In this document: one piece after another, positions 30,128 through 39,648 of the stretch
Numbering within the stretch: the first letter of the stretch is position 1
Layout: every line of letters starts with the position of its first letter
NCBI GenBank assembly: GCA_948466255.1
Contig: CAOJZV010000007.1
Span: forward strand, 563 to 64,562
Length of the DNA: 64,000 bases
Source of the DNA: an uncultured Bacillota bacterium
GTDB lineage: Bacteria > Bacillota_I > Bacilli_A > RF39 > UBA660
Direction: 5' to 3'
Made by a program: the position numbers and the translations under genes
The notes under the pieces: model-generated
Seen by the model: the letters and a program-made list of their open reading frames with translations, nothing else
Databases searched by the model: none
What the model was told of the DNA's origin: nothing

Positions 30128-31018
30128 TTACTTATATAGTATACATCTTTTTGAAATGAAATTCAATATATCTTGGTCCGTATCAATGTTATAATGAAGG
30201 CCATCTGGTGCATTAAACTTTATCTCATGATAAGAATCACATTCAACCAAATTTTCAATTTTTGATTCACTTAAAGCAATTCCCATTTTATGATTAAATT
30301 CGATTATTTTTTTATTACTTCTTTTATTTGAAGGAAAATAATCAGTTATAATATTATCTACAACTGGATTAACAGAAAGAAAATAAAAATTAATATTAGG
30401 ATATTGTAATGAAAGTTCTTTATATAAATTAAAATATTCATACACTCTTTTTTCAATATTAATATCCTCTTGAAAGTCATTAACTCCCATATTTATCACG
30501 ACATGATAATTATAATCACCGTCAACATTATCTAATTCTTTTTTTAATTTAGGTAACGCTGTATCTTCAAACCAATGTATTGTAGCACCGCTTTTAGCAA
30601 TAAAACTAAAATTAATTGGAATTTTTAATTTTTCTCTATCCCTTTCAATATATTCCATTCTAGAATCACCTACAATAATAACTTTATTATAGATAATATC
30701 ATCGACTGATTTAATTTCAAATTTTTCTCCAGTATTTATTTGCTTCAAGGCTGCATATTCACAATAACAACCTTCATACTTGATTTTATTAAAAGACAAA
30801 ATACAAGTTATTACCATAAAAAATATAAATATAATAGAAGTAAATAAAATAATAATTTTAGAAGTTACATTATTAAATTTTATGCTAGATTTTTTTCTGT
30901 TTTTTATAATCATGCATAATAAAATGCACAACAAAATTATAAAATAACAAAAAAGATTTATTTTATCATTTTGCGCTGAAAAAAATAAAAAATCATTACT
31001 GCAAACTTCTAAAATCAT
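30128..31018 (-). CDS. Membrane-anchored SGNH/GDSL-type hydrolase or O-acyl transfer domain protein
   Basis: Two N-terminal TM helices. SGNH blocks VGDSR (I), NMGVNDF (III) and DGLHYN (V). Confidence 0.6.
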   Translation of the reverse strand: MILEVCSNDFLFFSAQNDKINLFCYFIILLCILLCMIIKNRKKSSIKFNNVTSKIIILFTSIIFIFFMVITCILSFNKIKYEGCYCEYAALKQINTGEKFEIKSVDDIIYNKVIIVGDSRMEYIERDREKLKIPINFSFIAKSGATIHWFEDTALPKLKKELDNVDGDYNYHVVINMGVNDFQEDINIEKRVYEYFNLYKELSLQYPNINFYFLSVNPVVDNIITDYFPSNKRSNKKIIEFNHKMGIALSESKIENLVECDSYHEIKFNAPDGLHYNIDTDQDILNFISKRCILYK

Positions 31019-31074
31019 ACAACGTATCACCGATTATATATATTATCACATATTTTATTTTTTTCCAATAGTGT

Positions 31075-32031
31075 CTAATGATATTTTTTATAAATAATTT
31101 TTGAAATACCTTTATTAAATAATTTTAAATACAATCCCCTTTTTAAATTTGATAAATACTTATTTTTCTTATAATTAGGAAAATATTTGTGAACATTATC
31201 AAGAGCTAAATTTACTGCCTTATTATATTCAATTTTATCAAATGCTGCAGCATTTTTTATAAAAGTAGCCAATAAATATCTGACATAACAATACTCTAAT
31301 TCATCATAATATTCATCAAAAACATTATTTTTCTTATAAAATTCAATAATACCATTCCAATTATCAACACAATTATATAAACGTTCATCAAAAACATTAC
31401 TAATTGAACCAGTTCTTTGAACATAATTTATTAAAGGCTCTTTAATCACACCAATACTAGTAATATAAGGAAATAATCTATATAAAAATTCAACATCCTC
31501 ATACCAAATATTTTTTTTAAATCTAATTCCATCATCAAATAAAGATTTTTTATATAACTTATTCCATGCAACAGGATAAATATCAATCATTTGTTTTTTG
31601 ATATCATTTTTTGTAAATAAGTCATTACGAACTAAAGAAGAAATATATTTCGTTTTACCTTCTTCTATTGAATTAATATCACATGCCACAACATCAAAAT
31701 TCCCTTCAATAGCTTTATTATACATTTTTTCAAACATCGTTGGTTCTACATAATCGTCACTATCAACAAAGCCAATATATTCTCCTGTAGCATAATTAAG
31801 TCCATAATTGCGAGCATCACTAAGGCCACCATTCTCTTTAATATATCCCTTCACTAATTTAGGATATTTTTTTCCAAAAGAGTCAATTATTTTTTGACTA
31901 TTATCAGGGGACCCATCATTAACTACAATAATTTCAATATCATCTAATGTTTGACTCACAAGACTATTTAAACATTTTTCTAAATATTTTTCCACGTTAT
32001 ATACGGGAACAATCACACTAACTTTTGGCAT
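31075..32031 (-). CDS. Family 2 glycosyltransferase
   Basis: MPKVSVIVPVYNVEKYL...VNDGSPDNS...DSDDY. Start at the ATG after GGAGGAAG. The first 80 aa or so are nearly identical to the GT2 at 33187. Confidence 0.85.
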   Translation of the reverse strand: MPKVSVIVPVYNVEKYLEKCLNSLVSQTLDDIEIIVVNDGSPDNSQKIIDSFGKKYPKLVKGYIKENGGLSDARNYGLNYATGEYIGFVDSDDYVEPTMFEKMYNKAIEGNFDVVACDINSIEEGKTKYISSLVRNDLFTKNDIKKQMIDIYPVAWNKLYKKSLFDDGIRFKKNIWYEDVEFLYRLFPYITSIGVIKEPLINYVQRTGSISNVFDERLYNCVDNWNGIIEFYKKNNVFDEYYDELEYCYVRYLLATFIKNAAAFDKIEYNKAVNLALDNVHKYFPNYKKNKYLSNLKRGLYLKLFNKGISKIIYKKYH

Positions 32032-33175
32032 TTTCTTCCTCCACTTGCTCAAAAACTTTTTCCCATTGATCTGCAATTCTATCAATTTCAAATTTTGATG
32101 AAAATTCTTTAGCGTTACATGACATTTCTAATAATTTATCTTCATTTGAAAGTAAATATTCTAGTTTTTCTTTAAATTCTGAAACATTATCGTTTTCAAT
32201 AACATAACCATTATAATCATTTATAATCTGTTCATGAGCAGATTCCCCAAAATTAAAAGCAATAACAGGTAAACCACACGAAAAACTTTCAATAATACTC
32301 AAAGAAAAGCCTTCAAAAACAGAAGTATTTAAAGTAAGAGATGCATTCATCAAAACTTTTTCGGCATTATCAGTCAATCCTTTATAAATAATTTGATTGC
32401 TATGTTTTAAAATTTGTTCCGAATTTCTATTAAAAGAACCTACTCCATAAATTTCAAATACCCAATCTTTAAATTTTGGATTTTTAAAAACCTCATTTAC
32501 AATATCAATCATTAAATCAATTCTTTTTTCAGCATGTATCCTTGTAACAACTACAATTTTTTTATTTTTTACTACATCAGCTTTTAAATTAGTCAAAAAT
32601 TTATTTGGATTATATATATATTTATTTTTTTTAAACCCAAAATCAATGGCTCTATTCATAGTTGATTCACAAAGCCAGCATAGACTATTAATTTTATCAT
32701 TTAATCTTTTTAAAGTTCTTACATTATTTTTGTCATCAAGTAAATAATTAAAACTAGAATGTTGAACAAAAATTGTTCTATTTAAATATTGATCAGGAAT
32801 ACCTTTTAAAGTTTGATAATGAGTTGCAATAATATAATCTGGATTGTATTCACTAATCATTTTTTTCATTACAACATAATCGTCATTAAGTTTTTTATAA
32901 TCAGCAAAATATTTATTTAAAGTTTTAAAAAAACCTCTACGCCCTACTTTATTTAATACATCTCTTCTATGAGTAATTTCCCATATATCAGTTGTATTAA
33001 TTGTAGTAATTTTTAAAGGAGTATCTTTAATTTCTAAACCTGGATGATTATTTCTAATCCCAAGAATTGCAACATCATATCCTCTATTTAAAAATTCCTC
33101 ACCTAAAGATTTATCAACATACCAAATCCCACCAAGAAAATTACCTTTAATCTGTAAAAATAATATTTTTTTCAT
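32018..33175 (-). CDS. GT4-family (GT-B fold) glycosyltransferase
   Basis: About 385 aa. The C-terminal EGFSLSIIESFSCGLPVIA segment is the E-x7-E region. Confidence 0.75.
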   Translation of the reverse strand: MKKILFLQIKGNFLGGIWYVDKSLGEEFLNRGYDVAILGIRNNHPGLEIKDTPLKITTINTTDIWEITHRRDVLNKVGRRGFFKTLNKYFADYKKLNDDYVVMKKMISEYNPDYIIATHYQTLKGIPDQYLNRTIFVQHSSFNYLLDDKNNVRTLKRLNDKINSLCWLCESTMNRAIDFGFKKNKYIYNPNKFLTNLKADVVKNKKIVVVTRIHAEKRIDLMIDIVNEVFKNPKFKDWVFEIYGVGSFNRNSEQILKHSNQIIYKGLTDNAEKVLMNASLTLNTSVFEGFSLSIIESFSCGLPVIAFNFGESAHEQIINDYNGYVIENDNVSEFKEKLEYLLSNEDKLLEMSCNAKEFSSKFEIDRIADQWEKVFEQVEEENAKS

Positions 33176-33186
33176 ACAATACCTCA

Positions 33187-34131
33187 CTATTTATTTGTAA
33201 TTTTTTTTAGTAACTTTAAAATTGTATAGTGTTTCTTATAAGCCAATTTACAAACCAGTTGTAATTTTCGGCTTGATTTTTTATAATAAACATTATCCAT
33301 CCAATCAGGAAATTGATCATGCATTATTTTATTAATTTTATTTAAGTATTTATTAGCATCATTATAATTTAAAAACCTAAGTGTCGCACTTCTTAATAAA
33401 TGTGTTATATAAAGATATTCCAATTCATCAGGATAATTTTTTAACTTTTCTCTGTTAGCTTCCAACACATAAAAAATATCTAAAAATTTATCATTAAATT
33501 TTTGCTGTTTCATAATCGAACCATCGCGTTGTAAATAATAGTATAATCCTTCTTCAATAAAACTAATTTTATTACATTCATTTACTAATCCAGGTGTTAA
33601 TTCTAAATCCTCATATAAAATACCCTTTTTAAATTTGTTATTATTAAACAAAGTTTTTTTATATAAACGAATACAACCCGTAGATGGTGAAAGTAAATAA
33701 TTTTTTTTCTCATTATTACTAAAATGTAAATTTGATTTAATATTTTCTATTTTACCATCAGAATAAACATTTATAGTATCACACACAACAATATCTGATT
33801 CTTCCTCTTTAGCCTTTTTATACATTTTTTCAAGAAAATATGTATCTACATAGTCATCACTATCTACCAAAGCGATATATTCCCCATTCGCCCTTTCTAT
33901 ACCATAATTACGAGCATCACTAAGGCCACCATTTTCCTTAATATACCCTTTTACTAATTTAGGATATTTTTTTTCAAAAGAATCAATAATTTTTTGGCTA
34001 TTATCAGGAGAACCATCATTAACTACAATAATTTCAATATCATCTAATGTTTGAGTTACAAGACTATTTAAACATTTTTCTAAATAATTCTCTACATTGT
34101 ATACAGGAACAATAACACTAACTTTTTTCAT
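33187..34131 (-). CDS. Family 2 glycosyltransferase
   Basis: MKKVSVIVPVYNVENYL...VNDGSPDNS...DSDDY. Confidence 0.85.
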   Translation of the reverse strand: MKKVSVIVPVYNVENYLEKCLNSLVTQTLDDIEIIVVNDGSPDNSQKIIDSFEKKYPKLVKGYIKENGGLSDARNYGIERANGEYIALVDSDDYVDTYFLEKMYKKAKEEESDIVVCDTINVYSDGKIENIKSNLHFSNNEKKNYLLSPSTGCIRLYKKTLFNNNKFKKGILYEDLELTPGLVNECNKISFIEEGLYYYLQRDGSIMKQQKFNDKFLDIFYVLEANREKLKNYPDELEYLYITHLLRSATLRFLNYNDANKYLNKINKIMHDQFPDWMDNVYYKKSSRKLQLVCKLAYKKHYTILKLLKKITNK

Positions 34132-34195
34132 AAAGCACCTCAAAACTAATTATTATCAATTTTCATTTTTTAATCACACCTCACATACCAAACAA

Positions 34196-35029
34196 CTATT
34201 TGTTTTCATCAACATTAAAAACAATGTTTTCAGGGGCATGATTAACCCTTTTTTCTTTTGGAGGTAATACCATATAATCACCATATAAATGTTTTAAATA
34301 ATGATCTGGATTCTTATAAGTCTCATATTCCTTACCCTCAAATTCCACTTTCGTAGTTGGAATCATTTCAGCATATTCATGAATATCTTTACGATAATCA
34401 TATCCACCACATAATGCGCATAAATATTTACCATTTTTTTTATTTGCACTTTTCATTAAATTTATCTGTATTTTCTTTAATTTTTTATAAGAAAAAATAG
34501 ATAAAACATGGCATAAAATTGGATGCCTAGTTTCTTTATAACTTTGGTAAATTCCTTTTTTTACAAAAATAGTCTCCCAAATACTTTTGATTAAAATAGC
34601 TTTAACCTTTAATAATTTACTATTTGGATTATCAATACGTTCTAATGGAAAAATATCAACAAAAATACCTTTATTGCAATCTAAATGAGCAATTTCTTTT
34701 TCATCAAATATGGTACCATTTTTTCTGACTTTTAAAAAAGGAAAATAACATTCATCTGTTTCATAACATTGTAACCAATATTTATCACCAAGTTCTTTCT
34801 GAGCTATCAAAATAAATTTATCATAATCTTCTCTAAGCATAGTTAAATCTATATCATCATCCCACGGTATAAAACCTTTATGCCTAATAGCACCTAGCAA
34901 TGTTCCTCCACTAAGTTGATAGGAAATATTGTTGTTCTTACAAATAACATCAATTGCATCTAAGATTTCTTGTTGAACATGATGTAATTTTTCTATTTTA
35001 TCATTATCTATTTCTGTGTAATTTTTCAT
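34196..35029 (-). CDS. LicD-family phosphotransferase (CDP-activated alcohol-phosphate transferase)
   Basis: LSGGTLLGAIRHKGFIPWDDDIDLTM, the LicD DxD core, and a later FVDIFPLE. Confidence 0.8.
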   Translation of the reverse strand: MKNYTEIDNDKIEKLHHVQQEILDAIDVICKNNNISYQLSGGTLLGAIRHKGFIPWDDDIDLTMLREDYDKFILIAQKELGDKYWLQCYETDECYFPFLKVRKNGTIFDEKEIAHLDCNKGIFVDIFPLERIDNPNSKLLKVKAILIKSIWETIFVKKGIYQSYKETRHPILCHVLSIFSYKKLKKIQINLMKSANKKNGKYLCALCGGYDYRKDIHEYAEMIPTTKVEFEGKEYETYKNPDHYLKHLYGDYMVLPPKEKRVNHAPENIVFNVDENK

Positions 35030-35033
35030 AAAA

Positions 35034-36086
35034 TCATTTCCTTTCAGAATCCATTTTAAAATAATCAATTGTTCTTTTAAAACCAGTTAATATATCAAAT
35101 TTAGAAGACCAACCTAAACTACATAATTTTTTATTACTTAATACACCGTATGCTAAATTCGAACATCCTGTATTACTATTTTCTGGAATATTAAATTCTA
35201 AATCTAAATCTTTTTCACTTGCCTCAATTATAGTCAAAGCAAGATCTTTAATTGAGACAATGCAGTCTTCATCAGCAATATTATAAACAATGTCATCAGA
35301 ATTAAGCAATACATAAAACATTCCGGAAATCACATCAGCAATATAAATATAAGACCTTATCGCACTTCCATCACTGGTTAAGCATATATTCTCATTGTTC
35401 ATTATATTATTTAAAAAACATGCTTGAACTCTGCCATCATTCAAAGTCATACCTGGCCCATAAACATATGCAGGTCTAACAATTTTAACATCAAGTCCTT
35501 TTTCAGCTTTATATGCCGCACAAAACGTTTCTGCTGCCCTTTTCCCTTCAGAATAACAAGATCTAGGATTAACAGGATCTAAAGTTCCATATTCATTTTC
35601 TAAAAATACACATTTTTCTCTAAGTGGCTCTCCATAGGCCTCTCTAGAAGACACAAACATATATGAAGCATTATTTTTTAAAGCTAAATTTAATGTATTG
35701 TAAGTACCAATAGTATTAGCTTTAATAACACTTATTGGATAATCTTTCATAAGCAAAGGTGATGCAGGACTAGCAGCATGAATAATATAATCAATATGAG
35801 AACCAATATCAATTGGATCACAAACATCTTGACCAATAATAGAAACCTTTTCGTTTTCAATAATATCTTTAGGAAGCTTTTTCGGATTTCTAACTAAAGC
35901 AAAAACCGAAATATTTAATTTTTTTATTTCGTTTAGCATCAATAAAGTCCTAACCAAATAAGAACCTATCATTCCGCTTGCACCAGTAATTAAAACAGTT
36001 TTATTTTCGAGTTTATCCCAATTTATATTTTCAGCTATAATGTTTTTTAAATCTTCAACTATTATTTTATTCATATTATTTACCAT
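35034..36086 (-). CDS. Extended-SDR NAD(P)-dependent epimerase/dehydratase/reductase
   Basis: Rossmann motif TGASGMIGSYL. Catalytic YSEGKRAAE (YxxxK). About 350 aa. Start uncertain, 36086 or 36074. Confidence 0.8.
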   Translation of the reverse strand: MVNNMNKIIVEDLKNIIAENINWDKLENKTVLITGASGMIGSYLVRTLLMLNEIKKLNISVFALVRNPKKLPKDIIENEKVSIIGQDVCDPIDIGSHIDYIIHAASPASPLLMKDYPISVIKANTIGTYNTLNLALKNNASYMFVSSREAYGEPLREKCVFLENEYGTLDPVNPRSCYSEGKRAAETFCAAYKAEKGLDVKIVRPAYVYGPGMTLNDGRVQACFLNNIMNNENICLTSDGSAIRSYIYIADVISGMFYVLLNSDDIVYNIADEDCIVSIKDLALTIIEASEKDLDLEFNIPENSNTGCSNLAYGVLSNKKLCSLGWSSKFDILTGFKRTIDYFKMDSERK

Positions 36087-36840
36087 CTCCAGAATTTACA
36101 AATTTTTCATATCCTAAATATGCATCTTTAGGAATTTCTTTGTTTTTATTTTCTATAATAGTTTTAACAATTAAATAATCTTTTTTTGTTGTAACCTTTA
36201 AATTATCATCATTCCCCATAACAATATGAAGATTATTTTTCAAAACTCGCATAAGAGTACATGAATCAATAATTCCATCATAATTAGGATTTACTTTTCG
36301 TATTGTTTCATGCGCGTTAAAAATATCTTCTAAAATAAAGCTTTGTGGCGCTTGTGCTGTCAAGGAATTACTTCGATCTATAATATTATCAACAGCAATT
36401 TCATTTTTTATAGTAATAATAGTCTCAGTACATTTTTTGCAAGTAATAGCACTTCCATATTCTTTAACTGCATTTATGTTTTCAGTTATAACATCAGAAT
36501 CAATTATTGGCCTAACACCATCATGAATTAAAACTGTTGAATTCATAGGAAATTGTTTTTTTATTTGACACAAACCATTATAAATTGAATCCTGACCAGT
36601 TTTTCCACCAGGCACAATTGATACTACTTTATCAAGATTATATTGCTTAACCAATTTAGTAACATATTCTATATATTCTTCCAGTACAACTAAGCAAATT
36701 GCATCAATTTTATTATGTTTTTGAAAATTTAAAATAGTTTCAACTAAAATTGGGACTCCATTAATTTCTAAAAATTGTTTTGGTATAGCAACTCCCATGC
36801 GAGAACCACATCCACCAGCAAATATAAGTACAACATTCAT
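36076..36840 (-). CDS. IspD/TarI-family sugar/polyol-phosphate cytidylyltransferase
   Basis: N-terminal LIFAGGCGSRMG..IPKQFL, then VPGGKTGQDS and IHDGVRP. Confidence 0.8.
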   Translation of the reverse strand: MNVVLIFAGGCGSRMGVAIPKQFLEINGVPILVETILNFQKHNKIDAICLVVLEEYIEYVTKLVKQYNLDKVVSIVPGGKTGQDSIYNGLCQIKKQFPMNSTVLIHDGVRPIIDSDVITENINAVKEYGSAITCKKCTETIITIKNEIAVDNIIDRSNSLTAQAPQSFILEDIFNAHETIRKVNPNYDGIIDSCTLMRVLKNNLHIVMGNDDNLKVTTKKDYLIVKTIIENKNKEIPKDAYLGYEKFVNSGDGK

Positions 36841-36862
36841 AAAACATTCTCCATTCTAGATA

Positions 36863-37900
36863 TCATTTATATATTTTCTTAAAATCAAGTTTTAAAATTT
36901 TAGCAAAAGGTTTTTCAAATATTTTAAGTGATAATATAAATGATACAATAATTGCCAAGATTACTAATAAAACCGGCAACCAAGCACTAACAACATCAAC
37001 TAAAAATCTTCCAATAAAACTATTACCAATAATTATAGCTATAAAATAATGTAAAACATAAACTTGTAATGTCCTTGATCCAAATTTAGTAAAAAAGACT
37101 TCACGTTTTGGAATTAATGACATAATCGCGATTGATAGAAATATACAAAATATCAACCAAATTAATCTAAATAGTGCTCCTGTCATTAATATATCAACAG
37201 GAAAATCAATATTTATATAAGGATTTCTTCCTGTGAATAAAGGCCTTAAAAAGTATATCTCATTTGCAAAGTACAAGCATAATATAACACACAAAACTAC
37301 AAATAGTCCTGAAATAAACATATTTTTTTTGTTATGTAGTTTATTAATTAATTTTTCCATATTTTCTTTAGTAGCATAATACCCTAACAAGAAAAATGGG
37401 AAAAATACAATCACACGAGATAAACAAAATAAATCCCCAATAGAATTATCGTAGCCACTAAATAAACACATAATTACAGAAAAAACAAATAAGTATAAAG
37501 GTTTAACATTTTTTAACAATCCTACAATTCCAATCCAAACCGCACAAGCAAGTAAATACCATGGCGTTTCCATTTCTGAAAATAAATAAAATTCACTAGG
37601 TTGATTTAATCCATATTTAAACACCAAGAATAAAATTATCTTATATCCAAAGTATAAAATCAAATAACTTAAAATTTTATTCAATCGTTTATCATTAGGA
37701 GCATCAATAATTTTTTTAGCAAAAAAGCCAGTTACAAATATAAATAAAGGCATATGAAAAGAATATATAAAAATAAATAGACCCTTTAATACATCATAAT
37801 TTAAGAAAAATTGTATAAAATGTCCTACAACAACAAGCGTAATTAAAATAAACTTTAAATTATCATAAAAATAAATTCTAGGCGTTTTACTATTAACCAT
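36863..37900 (-). CDS. Acyltransferase family 3 (AT3) membrane O-acyltransferase
   Basis: R.YFYDNLKFILITLVVVGHF is the AT3 N-terminal R/H motif. Ten TM helices. 345 aa. Confidence 0.75.
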   Translation of the reverse strand: MVNSKTPRIYFYDNLKFILITLVVVGHFIQFFLNYDVLKGLFIFIYSFHMPLFIFVTGFFAKKIIDAPNDKRLNKILSYLILYFGYKIILFLVFKYGLNQPSEFYLFSEMETPWYLLACAVWIGIVGLLKNVKPLYLFVFSVIMCLFSGYDNSIGDLFCLSRVIVFFPFFLLGYYATKENMEKLINKLHNKKNMFISGLFVVLCVILCLYFANEIYFLRPLFTGRNPYINIDFPVDILMTGALFRLIWLIFCIFLSIAIMSLIPKREVFFTKFGSRTLQVYVLHYFIAIIIGNSFIGRFLVDVVSAWLPVLLVILAIIVSFILSLKIFEKPFAKILKLDFKKIYK

Positions 37901-38007
37901 ATATTACCTCTCCTAGCCATTTTCCTCAACTATAATTATACACGAAAAATCATTAATAATAAATACAAAACAAAAAGAAACACTAAAAAGTGTTTAAAAA
38001 ATATAAA

Positions 38008-39591
38008 TTATTTTTGTTGATTATTTTTAGAGATTATTTTCATATCATCATCAGTAACCATTTTTAAAAGCAACAATAAATTTAACACAACATATGTCAT
38101 TGGAAATACCACTCCAAATACGTGCCCAGTTAAATAAGGAACACAAACGCTAATAACATTGCCAGTAAATACCACTAACACATCTGCTTTAAAATATTTA
38201 TTTCTATATCTAACAATTCTATATCCGCAATACAAAACACCAAATATAATTGGCCCAAGTAATACAATCAAACCTACAATTCCAAAATGGTAAATTTGAA
38301 TAGAATAATCTCTCTCGTTGGTAAGTAAATCATTATATCCAATACCTACCCACTTATCAAATTTATTATCGTTTCTCGCTAAAATTCTTTCATATATATC
38401 TGTTTTTAAATCACGATAATTACAGTTAAGTCTTAAATCTCTAGTAATCAGATATTCCCAGAATTCAACGTCATTTTTAACTGGATATATATCAAGTAAA
38501 GGTTTGTCAATAAAAAAGTACCAATAATGAGTTTCCATATATTTAGCGAAATCTTTATTTGAATGTTTTTTAATATCGATTGTTTCTTTGACAGGTCTTT
38601 CCTTAAAAACAGATTTATATTTTCCATATTGATTTGCATAAAAAGGAGAAATTATAAATAATATAATGCAAATTGACATAAAAATTATAAATTTTAAAAT
38701 AACCTTTTTTAAGTTGATATCCAATTTCTTTATTAATTTAAAAAATAGAATTATCAAGAATGTAACAACTAAAGAAATTAGCATTCCCCAACTAGCAACT
38801 CTTGTTCCAAGCATGTTCATAGTAATTATAAGCATTACTAATAAAATGCAATTAAATACTTTTTCTTTTTTATTTTCTTTATCACAAACAAAGGCTAAAT
38901 AAATTATTAGTGGTGAAAGAGAAAATAAAATTGCACTAAGTTCATTCGCCGAATGAAACCAACCTTTAGATGTGTATAAATCAAAATTATCTTTACCAGT
39001 AAAAAATAACCAATGAAAAATATTACCATCAATATAAGTGAATTTTCCATGTTCAGCATATGATGCTAATGAAATACAAAATACATTTGTAACAATTACT
39101 ATAAAACAAATAATAAATACGCTTAATTTTATAGCTGTTATTATTGTTTTTTTACTAATATTCAGTCTATAAAGGGTATATAATAAAACGATTGGCAAAA
39201 CAAAACATCTAAATATAAAATATGTTTCTTTAATAAATCCATAAGCATTTCTATTAAAAATACCATCATCAAATAGTTGCATATTAAAACAATGTAACAT
39301 CACATAAATAACAAAGATTAAAATATATATTATAGAAATAATTAAATCTTTTTTAATTATTTTTTTACATTTATTCTGATGTCTATTTATAAACAATAAT
39401 CGAATGTAATAAAAAATTATACCAAAAATAAAAACAAAATTAATTAATACATTCATAGACAATCCAAGCAATTCAAAAGGATGTTTCACATAATTAGTAT
39501 ATATATCCAAAAATGGTTGAATTAATATAAAAATCAAAAATACATGTTCAATTTTAATTTGTTTAATTTTGCTTATTATTTTATCTTTCAT
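38008..39591 (-). CDS. Polytopic membrane protein, 527 aa; candidate Wzy-type repeat-unit polymerase (O-antigen ligase-like)
   Basis: More than 12 TM helices with a large loop after helix 9 or so. The Wzx flippase in the same operon predicts a Wzy partner. No diagnostic motif could be verified. Confidence 0.4.
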   Translation of the reverse strand: MKDKIISKIKQIKIEHVFLIFILIQPFLDIYTNYVKHPFELLGLSMNVLINFVFIFGIIFYYIRLLFINRHQNKCKKIIKKDLIISIIYILIFVIYVMLHCFNMQLFDDGIFNRNAYGFIKETYFIFRCFVLPIVLLYTLYRLNISKKTIITAIKLSVFIICFIVIVTNVFCISLASYAEHGKFTYIDGNIFHWLFFTGKDNFDLYTSKGWFHSANELSAILFSLSPLIIYLAFVCDKENKKEKVFNCILLVMLIITMNMLGTRVASWGMLISLVVTFLIILFFKLIKKLDINLKKVILKFIIFMSICIILFIISPFYANQYGKYKSVFKERPVKETIDIKKHSNKDFAKYMETHYWYFFIDKPLLDIYPVKNDVEFWEYLITRDLRLNCNYRDLKTDIYERILARNDNKFDKWVGIGYNDLLTNERDYSIQIYHFGIVGLIVLLGPIIFGVLYCGYRIVRYRNKYFKADVLVVFTGNVISVCVPYLTGHVFGVVFPMTYVVLNLLLLLKMVTDDDMKIISKNNQQK

Positions 39592-39648
39592 TTTTTTAAC
39601 ACCTTCTTTTCAATTTAAAAAAATTTATTAAGTTATATTTTTATAAAA

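Noticed and set aside
35034-36086. The SDR as the DprE2-like partner of the UbiA-type enzyme, which would imply a full arabinofuranose pathway.
   Set aside because: It is a 350-aa extended SDR overlapping the cytidylyltransferase and LicD genes, whereas DprE2 is a classical SDR of about 250 aa. No DprE1-like FAD protein is present. It is therefore assigned to the CDP-polyol module.
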